64,000 nt of DNA from a virus. The stretch covers positions 1 to 64,000 of IMG/VR virus record IMGVR_UViG_3300042549_007551; one strand, 5' to 3'. The position numbers and the translations under genes are program-made. Below are positions 9,236 through 19,900 of this stretch, one piece after another; within the stretch, counting starts at the first letter, position 1; each line of letters begins with the position of its first letter. The notes under the pieces were generated by a model, which worked only from the letters and a program-made list of their open reading frames with translations, was not told the origin of the DNA and searched no databases.

Positions 9236-11224
9236 ATGGTCAAATATCTTATCTATGATACTGAAACCTCAGGTCTCAATATCATTTCCGACAAGCCGTT
9301 TATGTTTCAATATGGATTGGTTGACCACAACTTAGAACTATTAGAAACCAAATGGTTTCACGTGAAAGACACCGCAAGTCGTGATGTGTTTGTACAACAT
9401 TTGAATAATATTCAAACGATTGTAGGACATAACATTAAGTTTGACGTGCACATGGCCATCAATCATGGTATCGATTCAAAGTTATTTAATAATAAAAACT
9501 TTATTGATACCGCTGTATTAGCCAGACTAGTACTAGACCATGACATTCAAACAGACAAAACATTTTCTGTTGGTTTAAAAACACTTGGCGTTCGATACTT
9601 AGGTATTGATTCTAACCAAGAAGAACGTGCATTGAAGATGGAACTTAGCCGACTTGTGTCTGAACATAAACAAAAGATGAAAGATTATTTTACAGCCAAT
9701 AACTTATGGGATACAAAACAATCTGCTACCAATCAAACCAAAACACTTAACCATATCTATAGCGATTGGAATAAAGTATTTCATTTGTATCCACAATACA
9801 CAGCAATAAGAAAACAATTCTTACAAGCTAATCCAGAACCAACCTATGAACAATGTTCTAACGTTGTAACTTATGGTCTTACTGATATTAGATTGACCCA
9901 TGGTTTATTTAAACTATGGTTCCCTAAAGTGGTACAACTTCAACAAGTTGAAACACTTAAACGTATTAGTAATGCAACCTATCCACTTGTTGTGATGGAA
10001 CGTCAAGGTCTTACTGTCGACGTTAAACAAGTACTTAAAGATAGAGCTAAAATCGTAGATGAATTATCTAAAACAAAGATTGTTGATACAAGAACTAACA
10101 CTGAGTTATCCATTGGTCAACACGCTAAGCTTAAAGACTTATACGAATACGAATCCGGTGAACAACTAGAAAGCTCTGATAAAGAAACACGTAGTGAGAT
10201 CGAAGATGTATCTCCAGCTGCTAAGGCAGCAAATTACATAGCTAAATTAGATAAGTATCTTAATACCTATGTGCGTTCTATATTAGATAAGCTTACCATA
10301 GTCAACGGTGAGTACCGTGTCTTTACCCAATACAACTTAGCCGGTACCATTACAGGTCGTTTATCTTCTGACTTCCAACAGTTCCCCAAAGAACCAATTA
10401 CATTAGCCGATGGAACAGAAGTTAATATACGTAGTTGGTTTGTAGTCCCAAGCAAAGACAAGTACATGTTCTACTTTGACTATAGTCAAATGGAACTACG
10501 CTTGCAATGTGAATGGACTAACATTGTAAATGGTGAGCCAGACATTAACATGGTCCGCGCTTTCACACCATACAAATGTATACAACGAGATGGTAAATAC
10601 TATCTTGAAGAAGACCAAACTAAAGAGTGGAAGCCCACTGACTTACACGGCTTGACTACAAAGAACGCATTCCCAGGCATCGATGAAACACATGTCGACT
10701 GGAAAAAATACCGACAACTCGGTAAGCGTACAAACTTCGCAGTTAACTATGGCGCTGCTGCACCTAAGATTCAACAAGCATTAAAGGTAGATTTCCCTAC
10801 TGCGCAAGCATTAGTACAAGGTTATCGTAAAGCTTTTGCTGGTGTTGTCGCCTTTGGTAAGTGGATTAGTAACCGTGTTTATATCACGGACAATATCCCT
10901 AACCTATTACTGCGTCGATACTTTAGCCGCAACAAACATCAACTACAAAACTGGTTGGTGCAAGGTAGTGGCGCAGACATTCTATTACTAAAGCTCAGAG
11001 AAATCTATGAGTATATTAAATCTAAACCACACTGGAAGTTTATGATTACAGTGCATGATGAATTAGGATTTGTATGTTCTGATATACCTGAAGCTCAACT
11101 TAAAGAAGAAGTAAAACATATACAAAACTTAATGACACATAGCATGACTGCTGTTGATATCATTAGTGATGTAGAATACACCAAGACCAAATGGTCAGAA
11201 AAGGATGAGTGGCATGGAGTTTAA
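9236..11224 (+). CDS. polA: Family A DNA polymerase with 3'-5' exonuclease
   Basis: Exo motifs YDTETSG and GHNIKFD; TGRLSS; motif A DYSQMELR; motif B KRTNFAVNYG (Phe at the E. coli 762-equivalent site); motif C VHDEL. Confidence 0.95.
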   Translation: MVKYLIYDTETSGLNIISDKPFMFQYGLVDHNLELLETKWFHVKDTASRDVFVQHLNNIQTIVGHNIKFDVHMAINHGIDSKLFNNKNFIDTAVLARLVLDHDIQTDKTFSVGLKTLGVRYLGIDSNQEERALKMELSRLVSEHKQKMKDYFTANNLWDTKQSATNQTKTLNHIYSDWNKVFHLYPQYTAIRKQFLQANPEPTYEQCSNVVTYGLTDIRLTHGLFKLWFPKVVQLQQVETLKRISNATYPLVVMERQGLTVDVKQVLKDRAKIVDELSKTKIVDTRTNTELSIGQHAKLKDLYEYESGEQLESSDKETRSEIEDVSPAAKAANYIAKLDKYLNTYVRSILDKLTIVNGEYRVFTQYNLAGTITGRLSSDFQQFPKEPITLADGTEVNIRSWFVVPSKDKYMFYFDYSQMELRLQCEWTNIVNGEPDINMVRAFTPYKCIQRDGKYYLEEDQTKEWKPTDLHGLTTKNAFPGIDETHVDWKKYRQLGKRTNFAVNYGAAAPKIQQALKVDFPTAQALVQGYRKAFAGVVAFGKWISNRVYITDNIPNLLLRRYFSRNKHQLQNWLVQGSGADILLLKLREIYEYIKSKPHWKFMITVHDELGFVCSDIPEAQLKEEVKHIQNLMTHSMTAVDIISDVEYTKTKWSEKDEWHGV

Positions 11225-12125
11225 TGACAAGACACATAAGTATTCACACGAAGGTAATGAGTACATCAGCGTAACCCAACTCATTAAAAAGTATGGGCTA
11301 TCTGTAAACTATGAAGGAATACCTGCCGACATATTAGAGAAAGCTGCAGCTAAAGGTAAAGCTATCCACAAACATTTAGAGTTATATATTAACGGAGACA
11401 AGAGTATGTTAGGAACAATCAATGAAGTTGATATGTTTGACAACTACATCAAAACCCGTGGTATAGAACCTATGACAGTCAAGTCAGAACAAATTGTTTA
11501 TGACACAACTTATAAGATTGCCGGTACTGTTGACTTACAATATGTCGATGGACCTGACAATATTATTGCCGACTTTAAAACTACATCTAGTCTACACATA
11601 GATGCAGTAGCATGGCAACTTAGTATCTATAACTATATGTTATGTAAAGGTGACGTGATGACCTATTACTTTAATAAACTTAAAGTGTTTCATTACACCG
11701 GCACCAAACTATACGTTAAAGATGTATACCTTGTAGACTTTGATCAAGTCAAAGCTTTATTAGAAACTAATCAACGTGGTGACACTGAGTTTAATTATGT
11801 TAAACCTAACACCGTTGTTGCTGGTTCTGATGAACAATTAATTGGTCAAATACTAAACGAACTTGATACACACAAAGGTGTGATATCTAAATTAGAAGGT
11901 GAGCTTGATGTGTTGTTAGATAAAGTTAGAGAAAAAATGGCAGCACAAAAAGACTATAGCTTTTATAACGATCAATACACAATTAACTATGTACACCCAC
12001 AGAACCGAAAGACACTCGATGCTACTAAAGTTAAACAACATCTTCTTAATAATGGTCAGAACATAGATGACTTTATGAAAGAAACCGTAACTAAGGATAG
12101 TGTCAAAGCCGTTTTAAGAAAGTAA
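11205..12125 (+). CDS. PD-(D/E)XK exonuclease (Cas4/RecB-like)
   Basis: SVTQ, GKAIH, IAGTVDL..DFKT..QLSIY. Alternative start at 11214. Confidence 0.85.
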   Translation: MSGMEFNDKTHKYSHEGNEYISVTQLIKKYGLSVNYEGIPADILEKAAAKGKAIHKHLELYINGDKSMLGTINEVDMFDNYIKTRGIEPMTVKSEQIVYDTTYKIAGTVDLQYVDGPDNIIADFKTTSSLHIDAVAWQLSIYNYMLCKGDVMTYYFNKLKVFHYTGTKLYVKDVYLVDFDQVKALLETNQRGDTEFNYVKPNTVVAGSDEQLIGQILNELDTHKGVISKLEGELDVLLDKVREKMAAQKDYSFYNDQYTINYVHPQNRKTLDATKVKQHLLNNGQNIDDFMKETVTKDSVKAVLRK

Positions 12126-12131
12126 TAAAAC

Positions 12132-12156
12132 AGGGGGACTAACCCTCCCCCTTTTA
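12132..12156 (+). terminator. Putative intrinsic terminator
   Basis: AGGGGGA-ctaaccc-TCCCCCT followed by a T-run. Confidence 0.5.
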
Positions 12157-12179
12157 TTAAGGCATAAGGAGGAAAAACA

Positions 12180-13091
12180 ATGCCAATAGTTTTGCAGTCA
12201 GCCGTCAAAATTCTTAAGCCCATTAAGGTCATGTCTTACGGACCGACCTATAGTGGCAAGACTCTCAGCTCTTTGTATCTAGCTGTGGGTGCAGTCATGA
12301 ACATACGTAAATGTACTGAAGCCGAAGCATACAAACACATAGTCTTGATCGACACTGAGTTCGGTCGAGGCGCACTCTACAATAAGATTGGTTTATATAA
12401 CTATCTTAAGATTGATCCGCCATACTTTACTGAAAAGTTGGTGACCATGCTAGCTGAACTCAATACGATGGAACAAGTTGATGTTATTATCATCGACTCC
12501 ATTACCCACTTCTGGGTTAAAGAAGGTGGCATTTTAGATCAAAAAGCAATGAAGGATAAGCTAGGTGGTAACTCATATACTAACTGGCAAGACTTCACAA
12601 CTAAGTTCAATAAGATGATTGACTCTATCTTATCTTCACCTAAGCATATCTTTGTTACAGCTCGTGCAAAGACAGACACTGCATTAATCACAGGTGAAAA
12701 TGGTAAGGCAACACCAAAGTCTTATGGCTTAAAGCCTGAGCTTCGTGACAATGTTGAATACGATTTTGATATTGTATTTAACATCGACAAGATTAGCCAC
12801 AACTTAATCGTTGATAAAGGTATACCTGGTTTAAAACCCGTATACGAAATGGCTACACCAAAGACAGGTCAAGAAATCTTTGACTTGTTTACAGCCGATG
12901 CTACTCTACCCACACGTAGTAAAGTTGAAATTGCAAATAGTCTTAGACAAATTGCAAAGACCAACGATATGATCCCGTTCGTTCAACTAGAACTACGTGG
13001 TCGTAAGCTCGAAGACTTAAACGAAGATGAGTTGAAATCAATCGAAGCTATACTTCTTAACAACATCAAGAAGATGCAAGTTAAAAACTAG
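12180..13091 (+). CDS. AAA_24 / Sak4-like ATPase (recombination/annealing)
   Basis: GPTYSGKT, IDTE, IIIDSITHFW and YDFDIVF; lies next to the exonuclease. Confidence 0.85.
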   Translation: MPIVLQSAVKILKPIKVMSYGPTYSGKTLSSLYLAVGAVMNIRKCTEAEAYKHIVLIDTEFGRGALYNKIGLYNYLKIDPPYFTEKLVTMLAELNTMEQVDVIIIDSITHFWVKEGGILDQKAMKDKLGGNSYTNWQDFTTKFNKMIDSILSSPKHIFVTARAKTDTALITGENGKATPKSYGLKPELRDNVEYDFDIVFNIDKISHNLIVDKGIPGLKPVYEMATPKTGQEIFDLFTADATLPTRSKVEIANSLRQIAKTNDMIPFVQLELRGRKLEDLNEDELKSIEAILLNNIKKMQVKN

Positions 13092-13149
13092 GTAAAATTG
13101 CGCTGACATACCGCTTAGTAGTATGTCTTTTAACTTTGAAAGGAGTACA

Positions 13150-13446
13150 GTGAATGTAAAAGAATTTTTAAATGTTATAGACTTGACTAACATAGACATT
13201 ATTAAAATAAATGGTGAACGATTTATATATGCTTTTATTGAAGACCAATACGGTCAACACTTAGTTGATAATGTCACAATTCAAACTAGTTATAAAACTT
13301 TAACGACAGATAATATTCGTTCAAGTGTAATGACAGACGATATTGATAGCGTTGTAGATTACCTTAATGTAGAACATACACTACCTAACAATCCACAATA
13401 CATTAGTATTGAATTACATATTAAAGTAAAAGAAAGAAGGATGTAA
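13150..13446 (+). CDS. Hypothetical protein
   Basis: ORF track 13123..13446. GTG at 13150 follows AAGGAG. Confidence 0.65.
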   Translation: MNVKEFLNVIDLTNIDIIKINGERFIYAFIEDQYGQHLVDNVTIQTSYKTLTTDNIRSSVMTDDIDSVVDYLNVEHTLPNNPQYISIELHIKVKERRM

Positions 13447-13448
13447 TA

Positions 13449-13685
13449 ATGCCTAAGTCTAAAATCAAAAAGGTTCTTGTACCAAAATTAGATGCAGATA
13501 CTGTTAATAAATTACAAGAACAGTTAGATGCAGAAGAATCAGAAGTACAAAACTATGAAGATCAAATGGAAGCAGAACTTAATCAAGTAGGTTTAGATGA
13601 TAATTTTGTTGAAGAAATTTCTAAACAAGTTGAAGAAAAAACAACTGATTCCAAAGATTTAAAGCCAACACGTAGAGACGCTTAA
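13449..13685 (+). CDS. Acidic coiled-coil hypothetical protein
   Basis: ORF; last CDS of the + arm. Confidence 0.7.
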   Translation: MPKSKIKKVLVPKLDADTVNKLQEQLDAEESEVQNYEDQMEAELNQVGLDDNFVEEISKQVEEKTTDSKDLKPTRRDA

Positions 13686-13716
13686 CATAAAAAGATTAGC
13701 CCACTTCACGGGCTTT

Positions 13717-13827
13717 CTAACTAAACTCTTTATTGGGGTAGTCGGGTAAGACAATCTATAAACCTTATGGGCTAAAGATTGTAACGTGGGTTCAACTCCC
13801 ACCTACTCCACCAAAGAGTTTAGTTAG
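13717..13827. repeat. 15-bp perfect inverted repeat flanking the tRNA-like RNA
   Basis: CTAACTAAACTCTTT (13717-13731) / AAAGAGTTTAGTTAG (13813-13827). Confidence 0.85.
13735..13813 (+). ncRNA. tRNA-like RNA resembling the tRNA-like domain of tmRNA (Ala identity), with no mRNA domain
   Basis: Acceptor stem GGGGTAG/CTACTCC with G3.U70, discriminator A and encoded CCA; T-arm GTGGG-TTCAACT-CCCAC; stemless D region TCGGGTAAGAC; 7-bp ACAATCT/AGATTGT helix. Confidence 0.75.
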
Positions 13828-13897
13828 GTTAACTTATAAGCACCACATAAGTTGATACATCTACCCCCTCTTTCTTTCTACGGTGCTAAAGTTATAT

Positions 13898-13921
13898 GGG
13901 TATAAGAATAAACTTATACCC
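13898..13921. terminator. Hairpin at the convergence of the two arms
   Basis: GGGTATAAG-aataaa-CTTATACCC immediately after the giant gene's stop codon. Confidence 0.55.
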
Positions 13922-13923
13922 TA

Positions 13924-16900
13924 TTAACGGAGTGCAACACGACTACGTCTATACCGTACATACTGACGCCACTTTGTATTCTTAACTAAACTATAAGGAT
14001 TAACTCTAGGCTTACGCATAGTTCCGTACTTAGTAAACCAGTCTCTATAAATATTTTCATACTTAGCCCAACGTCCATTGCTACCATAAAGATAACGATA
14101 ACGTTTCGGTGTGTACTTTTCATAATCAGGTACAGTATACAAAGGTAATATGCCTGAACTTAATGGAATGATTGGGTTTTTATTCTTAGAAACAAACGGA
14201 GCTAAAGGACCTTGTGTTAACTGTTCTCTTACAGGTAACTTATTAAGTACGTTACTAATAGGACCTGCAATAGCTAACTGTCTTATGCTTTGTAAAACAT
14301 CTTTTGTTTCTAAAAACTTAGACAAACCTCTTAATAAAGGACGTTGTCTATCTAATAACGAACGACCTGGATCACTTAGTAATTTTTGTACATCAAACAA
14401 ACCAAACCCAAGACGTATACCAACACCATTATATATACGTAACCAACCGTTTTGCATTTCAAATAATTCAAATGGACTGTATTCTCCATCATCATCTGTG
14501 TATTGTCCATACACACCGTCAATAATATCACTCAATAATACAGACATTCTTGGATCTAATATACGATCAATCCAGTTTGTTAAGGAACGAACAGGGAAAG
14601 ATAAATAAGGTATGTCTGCAAGTAACTGCATTTCTAAAGGACTTCTTAATCCGTAATTAAAAAATCGTTTAAGAGAAGAGTTAACAGCTTCTTGGAAAGT
14701 GTAACCTCTTAACTGTCTGTCTAATAAGTAACCTGCAATACGACCTACGTTTTCTATGTTAGCGTTTAAATCAGAGTAAGTATATTTATAACCTTTATGA
14801 ACTAAACCTAATAAACCTTTATTAAATAAACCATTCTTTTCTTTTTCTATTTCATCATAAACTTCTTTAAAGGTTCTTGTTTCAGTATCATTGAAATCAT
14901 TTAACTTTCTTTCTTCTACAATATTTCTTAAGTACTCAAAAGTTTCTTGTCTATATACGTCTACTTGTGCGTTTGTTTGCATGAAAGCACTGACTTCAAA
15001 CAATATCTTTTTAAGATCTTCATAGTCAGCAGAGTACACAGGTTGACCGTTGCTATCTAAAGTAGTTTTATATTTTTCTAAACGTTTATTAATACGTTGA
15101 CGATAAAGATTTGTTTCTCCTGGATTAAACTTTAATGAATCGTACAATGTAAAATATTCTGCGAACCTTGTGTCCCCTAAAAAAGCTACTGATTCTTGAA
15201 GAGCAATATTATATGTAATATTTTTTAAAGCTTTTACATTTTTAAATTTAGAAGTAACTTTGATATTATCTAAATCTTTTATATCTTTAACACCAATAAC
15301 AACGTTTAAAATATAATTACCAATACCTTCTAAACGTTGACTAATTTCTTTTGCTTTAATTAAACGAGTTTCTATTCTTTTTTTAACATCTTCTTTTTTA
15401 ATAGCTTCTGCACCGTCAATATAATTTTTTAATCTATCTTTTATAATATAAAAGTTTTCTGTGATCGTTAAAACTTCTTCATTTGTTACGTTATCTTTCT
15501 TTAAAAGTAACGATAACATCTTATCATATGCAGTTTTAACTTCTAATAAACTTAATAAACGTTCTTCAGATACATCTTTATAAATGTTATAAACATCGTG
15601 AGTCAACCCCATGATTCTAACGATTTGTTTTCTATTTTTAAATGCACCGAAAACACCAAAGTCTTTATAGAGTTCACTATATAATTGAGTCCATGTATCT
15701 AAATAGTTTCTCATAATAAACCCATAGTTAAATCTCATTAATAACTTTTCAAGGTACTGTAACTGTGCTAATATGTTTGACCAACCACCTTTAAATCTAA
15801 ATGGTTTATAAGCTTGGTTATACAAACTCATTAATGAATCGATTGTTACAAATCCAAATTGTAAATTAACACCTTCATCAGCTTGATATTTTTTAATAAG
15901 ATTAAATATTTTTTCTAAATCTTTCCAACTTCTAACATCAATTTGTTTAGTAGTTAAAGATAAATCTTCTTTAAAATTAATATTATCTAAATCTACACTA
16001 GTATATTCTTTACCATTAAAAATAATTGAATTAACTTTTTTATCTTTAGGGTCATTTAATTGTTTGACATATGATTCTATTTCATCAAAGCTATTAAATC
16101 TTACTTTATCTCTATGCTTCGCCGCCCCTATGAACTGTTGCCAACGTGTTTTCTTTTCCCATTCTGGGTCGTTTTTTCTAAACAAATCACCAACACGTTT
16201 TATTAAACCTTCAGAAGCGTAACCATCTTTTACCACAACTAGTCTAATAAAATTAGAATTACGTTTAACATGTTCATACATTGTTTTAAAATCGTATACT
16301 TCTTTTTTAGTTTTGTTACCATTTTGGTCTACAACAATAATGTCTTTTTTATACATACTTGCTAACGTAATAAAAGGAACAACTGATTTATCAATGTTCA
16401 TTAAATTAGTATGTTTAATTCTTTCAACATCTTGTTTACTTAAAGTTTCTTCATCACCCATGATTCTAGGTATACCTTGCTTTAATAAATCCATGCTTTC
16501 GCCTTCAGGAGTATGTAATAAAAACATACCTTGAGCAAACTTACGTGAGAATATTTTAGATATAACTGCTAGTTTAATATCACGTCTTCTCTTTTCTAAC
16601 TCTAATAATTTCTTGTTAAAATAATCTAAGGTATCTTGTTTGCTAAGATCTTTGACTTCATCAATAGCTAACTTTACTTTATTTTCTTCGTTTGATTTTT
16701 GTAATATAAGATTACCTAATGTTTTTATTCTAATTTCTTTACGTTTTATTTCATCGTTTTTACTACGAAGATTATTGTCAGCCACATTTATTTCTTTTAT
16801 GTATCTTTCAATACGATTAAATGATAATTCTTTATTCAATAAACGAATTGCAATATCATTAACAGTCGTTTTATCAACAGTTTTATTTCTGCTGTTATAT

Positions 16901-19900
16901 ATTTTTTGTTTGTCTTCTGTTACTATTTTAAATTCTTTAAATGCGCTAATAAGAACATCTATTAAACTATCAATAGTTACTACGTCTCGTAAAGATTCTA
17001 AGTCTTGGTCTTTTATAAACTCTAAAGCAGTTAATCTTTCTAAGTCGCTGGCATTAGTTTGTTCTGAACCAAGCGCTTTGCTATAACTATTACCATACGG
17101 TTCTAATAATTCACTTGCAATAATACTTGCTTGTTCTTTTAAGGTAGATACAGTTGCACTGTTTTGACTTTTATTTAAACGTTGTGTAACGTTGCCACTT
17201 TCAATATCAATGTTAACGTAGTTAGCATCTACTTCTCTTGAGCTTAAAAAGAAATCTTTACTTGCTTGATACTTCTTATCTAGGTTTAAACGTAACTCTT
17301 CTTTGGCATTATAACCATTAAACTCAAGTAATAACTTATATAAGTAAAATGTTTTATTTAACCACGATATTTCTTTACGATCAATTCTATCATTTGATTC
17401 AGTACCACTGCTATAGCGTGCGTTAATTTCGTTATACGTATTATTTGCCACATTAAACAACCTTAAGATTCTATAAGCAGGCATTTTTATAGCAACTAAT
17501 TCACCTAAGAAAGCATTAACAGTACCTGTTACACCGTTAATAGTTACTTCCGTATCTAATGATTCTTCTAAAGCACCTTTGTTTTTGTAGAAAACAATTG
17601 CAACTTCTTTAATAATATTAAAATAATAAGTTGAAATTTCATCAGGTATTTTTGAATCAGGGAATAATTCTTTCTTAGCATATTGATTTATAACTGTAGT
17701 AATATCATCAATTGCTTTACTTTTTCTAGTGTAGCTTTGTGCTATTTGTACGTTTTTACTTTCTTCATTGTTGTCAATTTCTTTTTCTAATTCTAAATTT
17801 CTTATTGATAAATTATTTGTTTCAATAGGATCACTATCTAATCCAATTGCCAAAGCGTTTTCATGTGCTTCATCTAAACCAATCGTTACTTTTCTTACAC
17901 TTAATTTATCTACATTTTCTTTAACACGTTTTTTAAAGTCTCTTAAGAATTTAGTAACATCCATTCTTAAAGCACCGTGCTTTGCAATACCAATAATAAT
18001 TGTAGCATCGTTAGATTGTTTTCCTAAAATACCACGATCTATAATAACTTGATCTAAGTAATCACTACTATAGATATCAGCCATTGTACTAATGGTTGGT
18101 TTCTTTTTATCGTTAGTAACTTTATCGTTATCTTTGATTGCTTTTTTAAACTTTTTAACGTCTGCGTTATTTCTTCCAAAGTAAAATAAATGTAAATACA
18201 TTTCTTCTACTTCATTTAATTTAGTTTGTTCCATATTTCTTTTAACTAAGTCTCTGTATTTTTCTATTAAAGAACGATAAAAAGGATTTAGTATATCATC
18301 TTCTTTATTAGCAGGCTTTTGATAGTACTTATCAAAGTGTTTTACAATAGCACCCAATTTATATTCTGATTTTAAAGCAAACCCAAATGAAGACATCTCT
18401 TGTCTAACTAATAAAGATAAATAATTCTTATCAAAAATTAAACCTAAGATTTCATCAACACTTTCTTTAAAGTATTCTTTGTATTTAGCAGCATCTTCTT
18501 TATCGATATATACTTTTTTATCTTTATCATAAGCAACTTCTTTAAACCAACTATCATAAATAGTTTCGTTTAACTTTCCTTTAACTTTACTAATAAAAAC
18601 TTTCTTGTCTTTTTCTAGTTTATTTTTTCGGTCAGTAACATTTAAACTTAAATCAGATTCAATATTAATATCGTTAAGTATTCCTTTTAAATTTGTTGCG
18701 CTTAATATTTTATCTGAGAGTGATCTTATTGTTACAACACCTAAGTTAGATTTAAAAGCGTGCCAAGCATTTCCTGTTTGATCTTTATTCATACCTAAGA
18801 AAGGACTTATAATACTTGTTACGTTTTGTATTTTTCTTAAACCACCAAATACACCGATACCGTTTTTAGATGCTTGGAAACGTGTAATAGTTTCAATCAA
18901 ACTTTGAGTATGTAATATTCTTAAAAACAATTTATAAATAATTTCTTTATCTTTTTCGTTTTTTCTTTTGAAAATAGTTTCAACTTTATTTTCTTTTATA
19001 TATTGTTTATCTTCTAAACTAAAATGTTTTTCAATAACTTCATCATTAACTAATACTAAATCTTCTTTAGTCATGTACTTTGTAACATTGTATTTGTTGT
19101 TCTTGATGCTTTGATCAAACAAATAGTTTCTAGCTGCAATTTTATAAAGCGTTTCGTTTGTTTCTAATATTTTATTGACCGCATCTTTTGAATCATATTC
19201 TTTTAATTCAAAACCTTCGTATGCGTTTTCATTATATACTTCACGAATTGCTACGTTTAAAAAATACTTTTTAGCTGCGTCATCATTTTCCCAACCAACA
19301 ACTTTTGGTATTTCTATTTCGCTAATATCCTTTTTAATACCGGCAAAAATAGTTCCATATAATTCTCCAAAAGAATATGAGGTTCTAATAGGTGTGCCAC
19401 TTGCTCCTTTAAACACAGCTTTACCAACACTTGTTGCCTCAGTACTAATGACATCGGTTCTTCCGTTGCTTTTTACATTAGTAAGTAATTCTTTTCTTAC
19501 ACTTTCTAAGTATCCTTTTTCTTTCTTCTTAACGTTATTAATAGAATCCCAGCTCCAGAATCCTTCATCATAATAACTTTCTTTAGTAGCATCATTCTTA
19601 AAGAATAAACCTTTATTAAATTGTTCATTGTTTAAAGCTATCATACCGATGGTATCACCGTCGTTATCAGCACCCATCATTTTATACATGTAAGGATTTG
19701 CTTCAATAGTTTCATTAGTATGATACCCAACAATCTTTACTGTAGGTGTAGACTTAGCGTCTTGGATAGGCCAACGTGCAGCTAATACCCAACCAAACTT
19801 AATACCTTTATTATTTGTTACAAATTTTACTGTATATGTTTTACTATCAACAACATACATTTTGTTTTCTTTGCCACTTATATTGTCGTTTGTTATCCCA

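Noticed and set aside
11205-12125. cas4 as part of a CRISPR system
   Set aside because: No Fe-S cysteine cluster, array or other cas genes; the context is a phage recombination exonuclease.
13735-13813. Standard tRNA call (e.g. Ile-UAU or ochre suppressor from CCTTATGG)
   Set aside because: No D-stem and no 5-bp anticodon stem with a 7-nt loop can be drawn; the acceptor identity is Ala.
13780-13813. attP site for integration into ssrA
   Set aside because: No integrase in the window, and both 5' and 3' acceptor strands are present and complementary, whereas an att core normally duplicates only one end. Not fully excluded.
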